The position numbers and the translations under genes were made by a program. DNA of 64,000 nt, from positions 135,643-199,642 of the forward strand of contig CAWHWM010000004.1 in NCBI GenBank assembly GCA_963833055.1, written 5' to 3'. The notes beneath the pieces were generated by a model, which had not been told where the DNA came from, did no database searches, and saw only the letters and a list, made by a program, of their open reading frames with translations. Positions 29,537 to 39,686 of the stretch are shown piece after piece. How positions within the stretch are numbered: position 1 is the stretch's first letter; each line of letters opens with the position of its first letter. The DNA is from Candidatus Dormiibacterota bacterium (GTDB lineage: Bacteria > Chloroflexota > Dormibacteria > Aeolococcales > Aeolococcaceae).

Positions 29537-30952
29537 TCAGGCAGGACGTGCCACCGGAATGGCCTCGCGTTCCTGCACCAGGCCTGTGAGGTCGATTGCA
29601 CGGCGATTGCTTGTTGCCCGCCCGAGTCGCTCGTACTCCGGCATGAGCGTGACGCCGGAGAGGTCCTGGTACAGCGCCGTGTACCGGTCGAGAACCGCCG
29701 GCCAGAGCGAACTCATCACGCGCTTCTGCGCCTCCTCACCCATGCGGCGGAGCAACGGCTTGTCCTCCGTGAGGAATCGAAGGCACATGGTCAGCTGACC
29801 GATATCGCCGGGCTTCACGAGGAAGCCCGTCTTCCAATCCTCGACCACTGCGGGGATGCCGCCGACGCGGCTCGCCACCACCGGCGTTCCGCATGCCATC
29901 GCCTCGAGGATCGCGAGCGGCGATGCCTCGGAGACCGATGGGAGGATCAGCAGATCAGCGCCCGCGTAGTAGCGGCCCAGCTCCGCCTGCTTGAGATGGC
30001 CGGCGAGGTGGATCCGGTCCGCAACGCCCAGTTGCATGGCGAGTTGCCGGATGCGGTGCTTGGCAGGGCCGTCACCCACGAAGACGCATGTGATTCCCGG
30101 GGCTTCACTGAGTGCGCGAAGCAGGATGTCAGGCGACTTGCGGAGATCGAGGCTGCCCACGAACAGGCAATAGCTGCCAATACCCAACTCCTCCGATACC
30201 GAGCGCACGCCTGGGCGCGAATCGGAGAGCCCGTCGATGTCGATGGCGTTCTGGATGGAGACGACCCGATCTCGCGGGATGTCCCACCGCTTGGTCAACT
30301 CCTGCGCCATGAGCTCGAAGTTGGTCACGATCGTATCGACGCGACGGAATGCGGAAACGTTGAGCGTCCGGTAGATCGCCTTGCGGATCAGGCGTTCCCA
30401 CCAACGTCGGTAGTTGCACATCCAGGGGGTTGCGTCATGCTCTGTATAGACGACTGGAATCGTCGAGGTGGCCTGCTTGGCTCGAATCGCGCAGACCGCG
30501 CCGTGCGCGTGGATGACGTCGTAGCCATCCGGCCGGCGACGCAGTTCCTTCCGGATCCGCCGGCCGACTGCGAGGTTGCCGACCAGGTGCTGCAGCATCC
30601 ATCGCGCGAACCCACGTGGCATCCGGAGCACCAGGCCGCGGAGCGGCGCGAGCCCAACCGGCACCACGATAAGTCCGGGGGGAATGACGACGTGCTTCGC
30701 GTCGACATCGGCGATGAGCGTGACGGCGTGCCCGCGCTCAACCAGCGCTCGCGACAGCTGAAAGGTGACAAGCTCGGCGCCACCCGCTCCTCTCCCGATC
30801 GGTACCACGCCGCGCGACGCGATGAGGATGCGAAGCTTTCTGCGCCCATGGTCGGGCGAGGTCAGGGAGTCGAGATAGGCGATCTTCGAATCGTCAGGGC
30901 GCTGATGTCGACGTCTTTCGATGCGCAATTTCTTCGCTCGTCGTCTCCGCAT
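29537..30952 (-). CDS. glycosyltransferase family 4 (GT-B, group 1), first gene of the glycan operon
   Basis: N-terminal block: ILIASRGVVPIGRGAGGAELVTFQL. C-terminal signature: LLILPSVSEASPLAILEAMACGTPVVASRVGGIPAVVEDWKTGFLVKPGD. The start is ATG at 30952, or the tracked start at 31003. Confidence 0.85.
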   Translation of the reverse strand: MRRRRAKKLRIERRRHQRPDDSKIAYLDSLTSPDHGRRKLRILIASRGVVPIGRGAGGAELVTFQLSRALVERGHAVTLIADVDAKHVVIPPGLIVVPVGLAPLRGLVLRMPRGFARWMLQHLVGNLAVGRRIRKELRRRPDGYDVIHAHGAVCAIRAKQATSTIPVVYTEHDATPWMCNYRRWWERLIRKAIYRTLNVSAFRRVDTIVTNFELMAQELTKRWDIPRDRVVSIQNAIDIDGLSDSRPGVRSVSEELGIGSYCLFVGSLDLRKSPDILLRALSEAPGITCVFVGDGPAKHRIRQLAMQLGVADRIHLAGHLKQAELGRYYAGADLLILPSVSEASPLAILEAMACGTPVVASRVGGIPAVVEDWKTGFLVKPGDIGQLTMCLRFLTEDKPLLRRMGEEAQKRVMSSLWPAVLDRYTALYQDLSGVTLMPEYERLGRATSNRRAIDLTGLVQEREAIPVARPA

Positions 30953-31096
30953 AAGGTGGTCCGACACACACAGAAAAGCAGTCAGTCGCTGGCGCAACCC
31001 CACCCGCTCCGGAGGTTAAGGCGAGATTATGTGACGCCCCAAAGGCGCCAAACGTACGACCTTGGTCTTAGGACGCAATCGGTGTGTCCGAAAGGG

Positions 31097-31125
31097 TTGA
31101 CGCGAATGGTGCTGTGGGCTAGGAT
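31097..31125 (+). promoter_or_regulatory. candidate sigma-70-type promoter for the secreted-protein gene
   Basis: TTGACG (31097-31102), a 17-nt spacer, then TAGGAT (31120-31125). An RBS (GGGAGG) lies ahead of ATG 31164. Confidence 0.5.
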
Positions 31126-31163
31126 GGCGCCTTCGAGCGGCGAACCCCCCTGGGAGGACCCAC

Positions 31164-31643
31164 ATGTCGAGGCTGTTCCGGCGACTTGGACGATCGATGT
31201 CGAGCGTGCTCGTGGGCGTGCTCACCATTGCGCTGCTCGGGGCACTCGGTACGAGCCTGGCGTTCGCAGCGCCGGCCTCGGCATCAACCACAGCCGCGCA
31301 GGGAGCCGGCTACAAGCATCCGAAGCCGGTGCTCACATGTGATCCGAAAGACCCGCACCTCTTCGGCGGGTGCCAGTTGAAGTTCAACGACATCACCGAC
31401 CCGAACGGCAACAAGGGCCTGAAGGTCTGCTTCTACACCTCGAAGAAGGACATCGTCGTCGGCTCGGACAAGAACTGTTCCACTGAGAACGCGCGCGGCA
31501 ACGCGTACGGTGTTTTCCTCGCTCGCGTCTGCGGGCCATCATCGATCACGGGTGTCGAGCGCACCAACGTGAATGGCAAGGTTCGCTTCCGGACGGCGAT
31601 CGTCACTGTCGACGTCCTGTGCGGGAAGCGCCCGCCGGCCTGA
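31164..31643 (+). CDS. small secreted Cys-rich protein, unknown function
   Basis: It has a signal peptide (SSVLVGVLTIALLGALGTSLAFA-AP). The mature part is roughly 120 aa with 6 Cys (CDPKD...GGCQLKF...KVCFY...KNCS...RVCG...VLCG). Confidence 0.6.
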   Translation: MSRLFRRLGRSMSSVLVGVLTIALLGALGTSLAFAAPASASTTAAQGAGYKHPKPVLTCDPKDPHLFGGCQLKFNDITDPNGNKGLKVCFYTSKKDIVVGSDKNCSTENARGNAYGVFLARVCGPSSITGVERTNVNGKVRFRTAIVTVDVLCGKRPPA

Positions 31644-31667
31644 CCCAGCGGCGGACTGCATAAGGCG

Positions 31668-31697
31668 GGAGAGGACGCCCATCAGGACGTCCCCTCC
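31668..31697. terminator. hairpin between convergent genes (possible bidirectional terminator)
   Basis: GGAGAGGACG-(10-nt loop)-CGTCCCCTCC, a 10-bp stem with one mismatch. It lies 25 nt after the plus-strand stop at 31643 and 21 nt after the minus-strand stop at 31718. There is no clear U-tract. Confidence 0.35.
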
Positions 31698-31717
31698 TGC
31701 CTATGCCTGAGGTTGAG

Positions 31718-31877
31718 TTAGCAGGCAGCCACCGTGTAGCTACCGGGGTTGATGATCACATCGTTGGTGTTGCCGAGTTCGTGAACGAAGCTGGTGCCAC
31801 CGTTCCAGAAGATGGGACCCCTTGCGATCGGTGGTTAACCGACGCTCACGTCTCGCCGTGGTCACGGCTCGGGTCAT
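31718..31877 (-). pseudogene. cryptic small ORF (52 codons if one base of the CCCC run at 31818-31821 is removed)
   Basis: The minus frame GPIFWNGGTSFVHELGNTNDVIINPGSYTVAAC-stop has strongly G/C-biased third positions. The overlapping plus-strand ORF 31703-32002 does not. With a 1-nt correction it joins ATG 31877 to give MTRAVTTARRERRLTTDRKGPIFW.... I recognise no family. Confidence 0.3.
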
Positions 31878-32018
31878 TCACAGCCCCGGACCATGAGGTC
31901 ACGCCGGGCGTTACATCGGGCAACGAGATCGTCGCGCTCGCTTTTGCGCGCGTCCCGGCTGGGACCATTCGGCCCGCGCCGGTGGCATTGCGCCGGCTGT
32001 GAGCCCTCAAGGGGATTG

Positions 32019-35000
32019 ATGATCCGTTTTCGCCGCTCCCTCGTCGTCGGCCTGTGTGGCGCACTGGTGGCGCTTGGCTTCGGGTACGCCACAGTTCGGA
32101 CTCCGATCGCGCTCGCTGCCGGAACGCCGAACATCTCGCTCACCGAGAGCGCTCCAGCCACAGTTCTGTACGGGACAAACGCGACCGTTACCCTGACCGT
32201 CGCCAACCCGGCTGCCGGGTCCTGGGGCTACAACCTGAGCTTCGAGGACGTGCTGCCCGCAGCGGTTTCCTATGTCGCTGGGAGCGGAAGCCTGGGCAAC
32301 CCCACGATCCTGACCAATGAGCCGTCGACCAACAAGACGACGCTCATCTGGAACAACGTCTCCGATCTCTCGGCGGGATCGAGCGCCGTGCTCACGTTCC
32401 AGCTGGTGGCGGCGAACGACTCCGATCCAACGCCGTACCTGCTGCCCAACGACTCGTATACCGACAGTGCTTCGGTGTACGTCAACAGCGCGCCGCAGCA
32501 GGTGCCGCAGTTCAGCGCCAGCGGGGCGGCGAGCAACTACACCGGCTCCGCCACGGCATCCGGCACCACAGGGCTGACACCGATTGCGATCGCGCTTGCT
32601 CCCAGCGGCGTGCTGCTGCGAGGAGTCCATGACCACCAGACGATCTACACGGTCACGATCACCAACAACGACGTGCACGCGACGAACACGATCGCGGCCA
32701 CCGTGTATCTCCCTGCCGGGCTCGAGGATCTGCTCTGCGGGCAGACCGACAACACGACCAATGCTCCCGACCAATCCCACCACGCCGGCGAGCCCGGATG
32801 AATACACGGGAAGCGGGCTCGTGTCGGGAATCTCAGCATCGCCACCGAACTGCGTGGCCCCGAGCTCCATCACCACGGTCGACGTGGATCCGGACGGAGC
32901 GGGTCCGCTCCCGACTGCGGTGTACACGGAGGTGCAGTGGACGGCGCTCGGCAGTCTCGCGAAGGGTGCCAGCACCACGCTCGAGTTCATCGTCGCCATC
33001 CCGATTCGCGCCAACACCATGACCTGGACGGGCGCCGAGCCCACTGCGGCCTCCGACAATCAAGCGGCCAACCTTGACAACAACAGCGGCCCGGAGACAG
33101 AGGATGGCACCGCGCTGACGAGCTACGGGGTCGCCACAGGCGTGTACTCCGGCACGCTCGGCAGCGGCACGGATCCGGTCCAGGCCACCGCATACGACAC
33201 GATCACCGCCCGGGACATCACGACGACCAAGAGCATCGACAAGCCGACCTTCGTGCAGGGACAGATGGTCACCTACACGATCGTCGTGGATGTCTCCGAG
33301 TACCGATATTCCGACTCGACGACGCTGACGGACACGCTGCCGTCAGGGCTGTGCCCGATCGGCAACGTCAACTACGACGCCCACACCGACCCGGAATGCG
33401 TTCCCAACGGATCTGAGCCGAGCATCCCGTACACGTCCGTGGTGGAGAACACCGACGGAACATTCACCATCGTCTGGGATCTCGGCCACATCGACCCGAA
33501 CGGCACCGAGACGGTGACCTTCCCGGCGGTCGACAGGATCGACTACCAGGACGACGACACCAACACGACCCCAACAGTCGGCAACGACACGTTGACCAAC
33601 AGCGAAACGGTGACGGGTGATCTCTCCGTCCGGTGCGAGGCTGCCAATCCGAGTTGCGTCGCCGGAGGAACGCCGGTCTCCCACGATGGTCCGCTCACCG
33701 TCGATGACGTGAGTGCCACAGCAACCGCGACGCAGACGGCGCCCGGGCCGACGATCGTCAAGTACGTCTCCGCCAACGTCCCGGCAGGCGATCCGCTCGA
33801 CTGCGCCACGGCGACGTACGGGGCGAGCGTCCCGACGTATCAGAAGGGCGATGACATCTGCTTCCAGATCGATGTCGCGTTCCCCCCGGGAGTCGATTTC
33901 AAGAACCCGACGGTCAGCGACTTCATGCCGGCGAACACCAGCTACGTGGCGGGTTCGGCGACCACGACCTCATCGAACACCGCCACCGCGGTGACGTTCA
34001 CGCAGCCGGCAGCCGGCGAGCTGCAGTGGACGATGGGAACGCTCGGGACCGATGGCAACCTGTACCAGACTCCCAACGCGCTCTTCGAGGTGCAGTTCGC
34101 CCTGCTCGCAACCGCCGACCCGACCCTCGGTGTCGGCGCGACGTTCAATCTGACCCAGAACCTGGCGAAGCTCGTCACCACCAACACCGATGGAACGACG
34201 TTTTCGGCTCGGAGCCTCGCCACATATCAGCTCGCAGAACCGGTGGTGTCGCTCAGCAAGAAGGTCACGACGATCAATGGCGCGTCGGCGCCGACGGGAT
34301 CCGGCGACACCGTGCATGGCGGCGACGAGGTTGGGTGGACCCTCACGGTGAACAACATCGGGGTGGTCCCGGCATATGACGTCGAGGTGTGGGACGTGCT
34401 TCCGACCCAGGAGAACTGCACCGAGGTCAGTTCGATCGTGCCGGCGAGCGGCGTCTGCAACTCCGGCGCCAACGCCATCGAGTGGCCCCCGAGCGCGATC
34501 CCCGAGATCGCAGTTGGTTCCAACACGACGCTCTCGTACATCCTCGAGATCCGGCCGGACGCCGCTGCCGGCGAAACGTTCACCAACACCGCGGGTGTGC
34601 GCAGTGACGTCGGCGAGCACAACGCCTCAGGGCAGCCGATGAACACCTACTACCCGCTCTCGAACATCGACCCGTCGGTGACGGCGGGCGAGGAGAACGC
34701 GCCGGCGGCGACTGGCACGGCGAACGTGATCACCGCGATCGGGGCGGTGACGAAGACGCAGGTCACCTCGATCACCAACACGGGCAACACCAACGTGCAG
34801 GCGACGATCGGCGAGACGATCACCTACACCGTCACGGTGACGGTGCCGCACAACACCACGTTCTACACGGCTTCACTGGCCGATCCCCTCGGGACCAACC
34901 AGAACTACGTCACCGGGAGCGGATTGGTGACGGTCCCAGGCGGCCCGACCTACGCGGAGGGATCGACGATCCCGGGCGGGTTCACCTATCTGTACACGTC

Positions 35001-38000
35001 TGGGACGAACACCGTCAGCTTCACGTTCCCGGCGACATACGTGAACGCGACGTCCAGCGATGAGCAGTTCGTCATCGCCTTCTCCGTGGTGGTGAACGGG
35101 ATCGCGGCGAACGTCCGGAACACCAACATCACCAACGTTGCTACGTTGACCAACCACGGGTCGATCGGACAGCTGATCACCAGCTCCAACCCACCCCTGC
35201 ACACCCTGATCGTTGAGCCGGACATGGCGATCACGAAGAGCGCTTCGTCGACCATGCTCGCTCCGAACGGAACGCTCACCTACTCGATCGCGCTGAACAA
35301 CGTCAACACGACGGCGGTGAGCCCGGCGTTCGACCTCGCCGGCCTGGATACGATTCCGACGGGCGTGACCTACGTTGGCGGGAGCGTCGCACTTGCGGGC
35401 CCCGCGGCGGGAACCGTTGGATTCAACGGCAGCGCCGTGACGTGGAGCATCCCAGGCCCGCTGTACGCCAACCAGACGGACACGGTCACCTTCTCCGTCG
35501 TCCCAGTTGCATCGACGCTGCTCACCACCGGCCAGGTGATCTCGAACACGGCCACGCTGTCGTCGTGGGACAACATCGGCGGCGACCCGACCGGTGCGCG
35601 GACCTACGGGCCGATCAGCTCCACCAAGACCGTCACGATGGAGTTCCCCAACGTGGTGGACACCAAGACCACCCCGAACGGTTCCACGGCCTACGCAAAC
35701 GTCCCGTTCGAGTGGAGCTTCACGGCGACCAACAACAACGGTTTCGCCAATGCGGACACGGTCACCGCCACGGACACGCTGCCGCCCAACTGGACATACG
35801 ATCCAGGGACCACCACGATCGTGTTTCCGACGGGTCCGAACGGCACCGCGGATCCGACCGTCACCCCGAACGCCGGCGGTGACGTGCTCTCGTGGACGGG
35901 TCTCGGCTCGCTGACACCGGGTCAGCACGTCACGGTCACCTACGACGCGACACCAAGTCTCGCTGCGCAGACGACGCCGGGAACCGGACCGACCAATCCG
36001 CACACCAACACCGTGTTCTCCACGTGGACGGATGATTCCGGGGCAACCGGGACGCTCTCCGGTCCCTACACGAGCGCAAATGCGACCGCGCAGGCGTTCA
36101 TCGGGCGCGCCGACCTGCAGATCACGAAGAGCCACACCGGCACCTTCGCCGCCGGCGCGAACGGCACCTACACGTTGAGCGTGCTCAACAACGGCCCGTC
36201 GACCGCTGCAACCCCCGTGGTGACCGACGTGATCCCAGCCGGCGAGGCCTACGTGTCCGCCACCGGCACGAACTGGACATGCCTCTTCGCGTCGGGGACG
36301 GTCACATGCACGTACGGCAGCGGGCTGGCGAGCGGTGCCACCGCGAACCCCATCAGCCTTGTGGTCTCCACGCCCTCGAACACGCCCGACGGCACGGTGA
36401 TCGACAACACGGCCATCGGTGACCTCGCCCACGTACGACAACGTCCTGAGCAACAACAGCAGCACCGATCCGACGACGATCGCGGCCAGCGCCAACCTGC
36501 AGATCACCAAGACGCACGTGGGAACGTTCACTGCGGGTGGCTCGGGGACCTACACCATCTCGGTGCAGAACCTCGGGCCGAGCGACGCGCAAGCGCCTCT
36601 GACGATGGTCGACACCCTGCCGGCGAACGAGACGCTCGTCACCGCGAGCGGCAGCGGATGGTCGTGCGGCGCCCAGGTGGGCACGCAGTTCACCTGCATC
36701 GATGGCACGACGCTCACCGACGGATCCTTTACATCGCCGATCAGCGTCGTGGTTGACGTTGCGTCATCGCAGGGCACTGGAACCATCACCAACACGGCGA
36801 CCATCAACAGCCCGACCACCGACCCGGTGCCGGCGAACAACACGGCCACGACCCCACCTCGATTCAGACCAGCGCCGATCTCGTGCTGACCAAGGTGCAC
36901 GCCGGCGTCTTCGAGGCCGGGACCGACGGCGTGTACAACTTCACCATCACGAACAACGGACCGAGTGACGCCGCGGGCCCGCTGACGCTGACGGATCCGC
37001 TGCCAACCGGCGAGACGTTTGTGAGCATCACCGCGGGCTGGACATGCGCCCTCATCGGCGCCACGGAGACGTGCACCGACCCGACCGGTCTCGCGAACGG
37101 CGGCACCGACACGCTCTCGATGACGGTGGCGCTGGCATCGAGCGTCACGGTTGCGACGTTGACCAACACGGGCACGATCAGCAGCCCCACGACCGATCCT
37201 GACCCTGCCAACAACTCGAGCACCGACGTCGCCGGAACAACGCGCTCCGCGGACGTCTCGATCGTGAAGCTGTTGACCAGTCCCCTGATCGCAGGTGACG
37301 ACGCGACGTACTCCCTCCAGGTGAGCAACGCGGGACCGAGCGATGCGGCACCGACGCTGACGGTGACCGACACCCTGCCGGGGAACGAGGGATTTGTCAG
37401 TGCGAGCGGTATCGGCTGGGCCTGCGGCTTCGCGGGTGGGACGGTCACGTGCACGAGAACGACAAAGCTCGTGGCGGGAGCCTCCGCCGGCGTGATCACG
37501 CTGACGGTGTCGCTGGCCGCCGACGTGACTCCGCAGACGATCGTGAACACGGCGTCGGTGAGCAGCCCGACACCGGACCCGGTCTCCGCCAACAACGTCT
37601 CGTCGGCGAGCAACAGCTCGAGCACGCAGGCTGACCTCAGCATCGTCAAGACCGACAACGGTCCGTTCATCTCCGGCGATTCGTACGTGTACACGCTTGC
37701 CGTGTCGAACCTGGGGCCGAGCGACGCTGCAGGGCTCATCACCGTGACCGACGATCTCCCCAGCGGCGAGACGTACGTCTCCAGCTCGGGGTCCGGATGG
37801 GCGTGCGTTGCGGTTTCGGAAGACCTGACATGCACGCAGTCAAGCGCGCTTGCAGCCGGACAGAGTGAGCCGAATCTGAATATCACCGTGAAGCTGTCGG
37901 CGTCCTTCGTGGGGACGTCCATCTCCAACACCGCCTCGGTCGGCAGCAGCACCTTTGATCCGCAGCTCGCCAACAACACGTCGACGGACGTGACTCCCGT

Positions 38001-39661
38001 CTCGCAGTCTGCGGATGTCAGCATCGTCAAGAGCCACTCGGGTAACTTCGACGCGGGCACGAGCAACGACACGTACACCCTCGCGGTGACCAACCTCGGC
38101 CCGAGCGATTCGCAGATGCCGCTTGTCGTCACCGACACAGTCCCGGCGCCGGAGAATCTGCTCTCCGCAAACGGCGGGAGCGACTGGACCTGCACCACCG
38201 CGGGAAGCACCGTCACCTGTGATGCGACCGGTCCACTCGCGGCTGGAGCAAGCGCAACGTCGATCAGCGTGGTGGTCGGCATCGGCGCCGGCGTGACCGA
38301 TCAGATCGTTGACAACACCGCGGTGATCACACCGTCGACCCCTGACCCGGTGTCATCGAACAACTCGAGCACCGACCCGACCACGATCGTCGCCGAGGCC
38401 GACCTGGCGCTCACCAAGACCGCAACCGGGTCATTCATCGCAGGCGACACCGCCTCCTATCTCATCGCCATCGTCAACAACGGCGCGGGTGACGCTGCCG
38501 GGCCTCTGACGGTCACCGACACGCTGCCGGCGGGTGAGACGTTCGTCTCAGGCGTCGGCACCGGCTGGTCCTGCTCGGCCGTGGCGCAGGACGTGACATG
38601 CGTCCAGTCGAGTGGCCTCCCCGACACGCAGACGGCTCCACAACTGACGCTGACCGTTCGTCTCGCCTCGTCCGACACAGGGACGCTGATCAACAGCGCA
38701 ACCGTCGCGTCGCCGACCCTGGACCCGGATCCTGCGAACAACACCGGCAGCGCCACTGTTGTCCTGAGCCTGGAGTCCGATCTCTCAATCATCAAGAGCC
38801 ACGGCGGCGTGAGCTTCGTCGCCGGCGGCGACGCCACATACTTCCTGGCCGTCACGAACAACGGTCCATCGGATGAGGGCACGGGGATCGTGATTGCCGA
38901 CACGCTGCCGGCCGGCGAGACCTACGTGACCTACGGCGGCCTTGGCTGGACGTGCGCAGACGCGGCGCAAACGGTGACATGCACGGATTCGCAACCGCTG
39001 TTGAGCGGCGCCTCGGCCACGGTCGTCGAGCTGACCGTGCACGTGGCGAGCTGGGTGCAGTCGACCATCGTCAACACGGCGGTTGTGAGCGGTCCGAACC
39101 CGGATCCCGGATCCCACCAACAACACCTCAACGGACACGGCGGCAGTGGTCGCTCTGTACAGCCTTTCGCTCACCAAGACACTGGACGGTCCCCTGGTGT
39201 CCGGCGACACCGCCGTGTACACGATCACGGTGGCGAACGCCGGACCGTCGCAATCAGCAATGCCGTTGACGCTGGTCGACAACCTGCCGAGCGGCCTCAT
39301 GTACGAGCATGCCGTGTCGACGACGCCGGGGGCATGGGCGTGCACTGCGCTGGGGCGAACCATCACCTGTGAGGACACGACCATCGCGCTCAGTGTCGGC
39401 GCAACGTCGGCGATCCTCGTCACCGTGCGTGTCATGGCCGGCTCTGGAACGCATCTCGTCAACACCGCGACCGTGAGCGGACCTGGTGATGTCGGCGCCC
39501 CTGCCGAAACCGCATCGGTGGCGGGAATGGTGGAGGCGGCGGTCACAGACCCTGATACCGGCTCGGAGTTCCTCGTCGCCGCGATTCCCGCGATCCTGTT
39601 GCTCGCCGTCGGTGGTCTGATGCTGCTGTGGAGCGGGCGCCGCAAGCGCCGGTTCATCTAA
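32019..39661 (+). pseudogene. giant cell-surface repeat protein (DUF11 'conserved repeat domain' adhesin-like, about 2540 aa); 4 frameshifts as sequenced, may be intact in vivo
   Basis: ATG at 32019 is preceded by GGGGA. A signal peptide is present (SLVVGLCGALVALGFGYATVRTPIALA). Many DUF11-type modules follow (x-TVxNxGPSDA-x-L-x-V-x-D-x-LPxGxxxV). The C-terminus is a hydrophobic helix plus basic tail (FLVAAIPAILLLAVGGLMLLW-SGRRKRRFI). The sense passes through ORFs 31893-32801, 32584-36756, 36419-36889, 36883-39372 and 39146-39661. The joins are at CCC 32766-32768, GG 36418-36419, G 36850 and GG 39109-39110. Confidence 0.8.
36109..39560 (+). repeat. nine tandem DUF11 repeat units inside the surface-protein gene
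   Basis: The units begin with (A/S)D(L/V)x(I/L)(T/V)K at 36109, 36491, 36874, 37249, 37630, 38011, 38398, 38776 and 39158, a period of 375-387 nt. Each unit has NxGPSDA, LPxxE(T)xV, GWxC...TC and SPTxDPxxxNN. Confidence 0.85.
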
Positions 39662-39686
39662 GCACCCACCGGTCGCCCCAGACCCG

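Noticed and set aside
29513-31342. 609-aa plus-strand ORF, plus similar very long ORFs at 59268-61559 (+), 43564-45096 (+), 62455-63858 (+), 34873-36531 (-), 36864-38282 (-), 46928-48535 (-), 47161-48579 (-) and 50060-51610 (-)
   Set aside because: All lie antisense to genes with clear family signatures (GT4, GT2, ALDH, GT-C, DUF11 protein, ImuA/ImuB, cyclase). Their products are Arg/Pro/Gly/Ala-rich low-complexity strings. Long stop-free antisense frames are expected in very high-GC DNA.
31703-32002. 99-aa plus-strand ORF directly upstream of the giant surface-protein gene
   Set aside because: Its first roughly 40 codons have many A/T third positions, unlike genes of this genome. The opposite strand has coding-type bias over the same bases. 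I recognise no family and it has no signal peptide.
32760-39115. Frameshifts in the surface-protein gene as programmed frameshifting or phase variation
   Set aside because: The runs involved are only 1-3 nt long, too short for slipped-strand phase variation. There is no slippery heptamer or downstream structure. The same kind of indel occurs in housekeeping-type genes elsewhere in the window. Sequencing error or ordinary decay is more parsimonious.
39530-39661. Possible sortase LPxTG signal (DPDTG) at the C-terminus of the DUF11 giant
   Set aside because: Only the TG and the helix-plus-basic-tail shape fit. Position 1 is Asp rather than Leu/Ile. The other two tail-anchored proteins in the window have no comparable motif, and no sortase gene is present. 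I treat it as an unclassified anchor or sorting region rather than calling it LPxTG.
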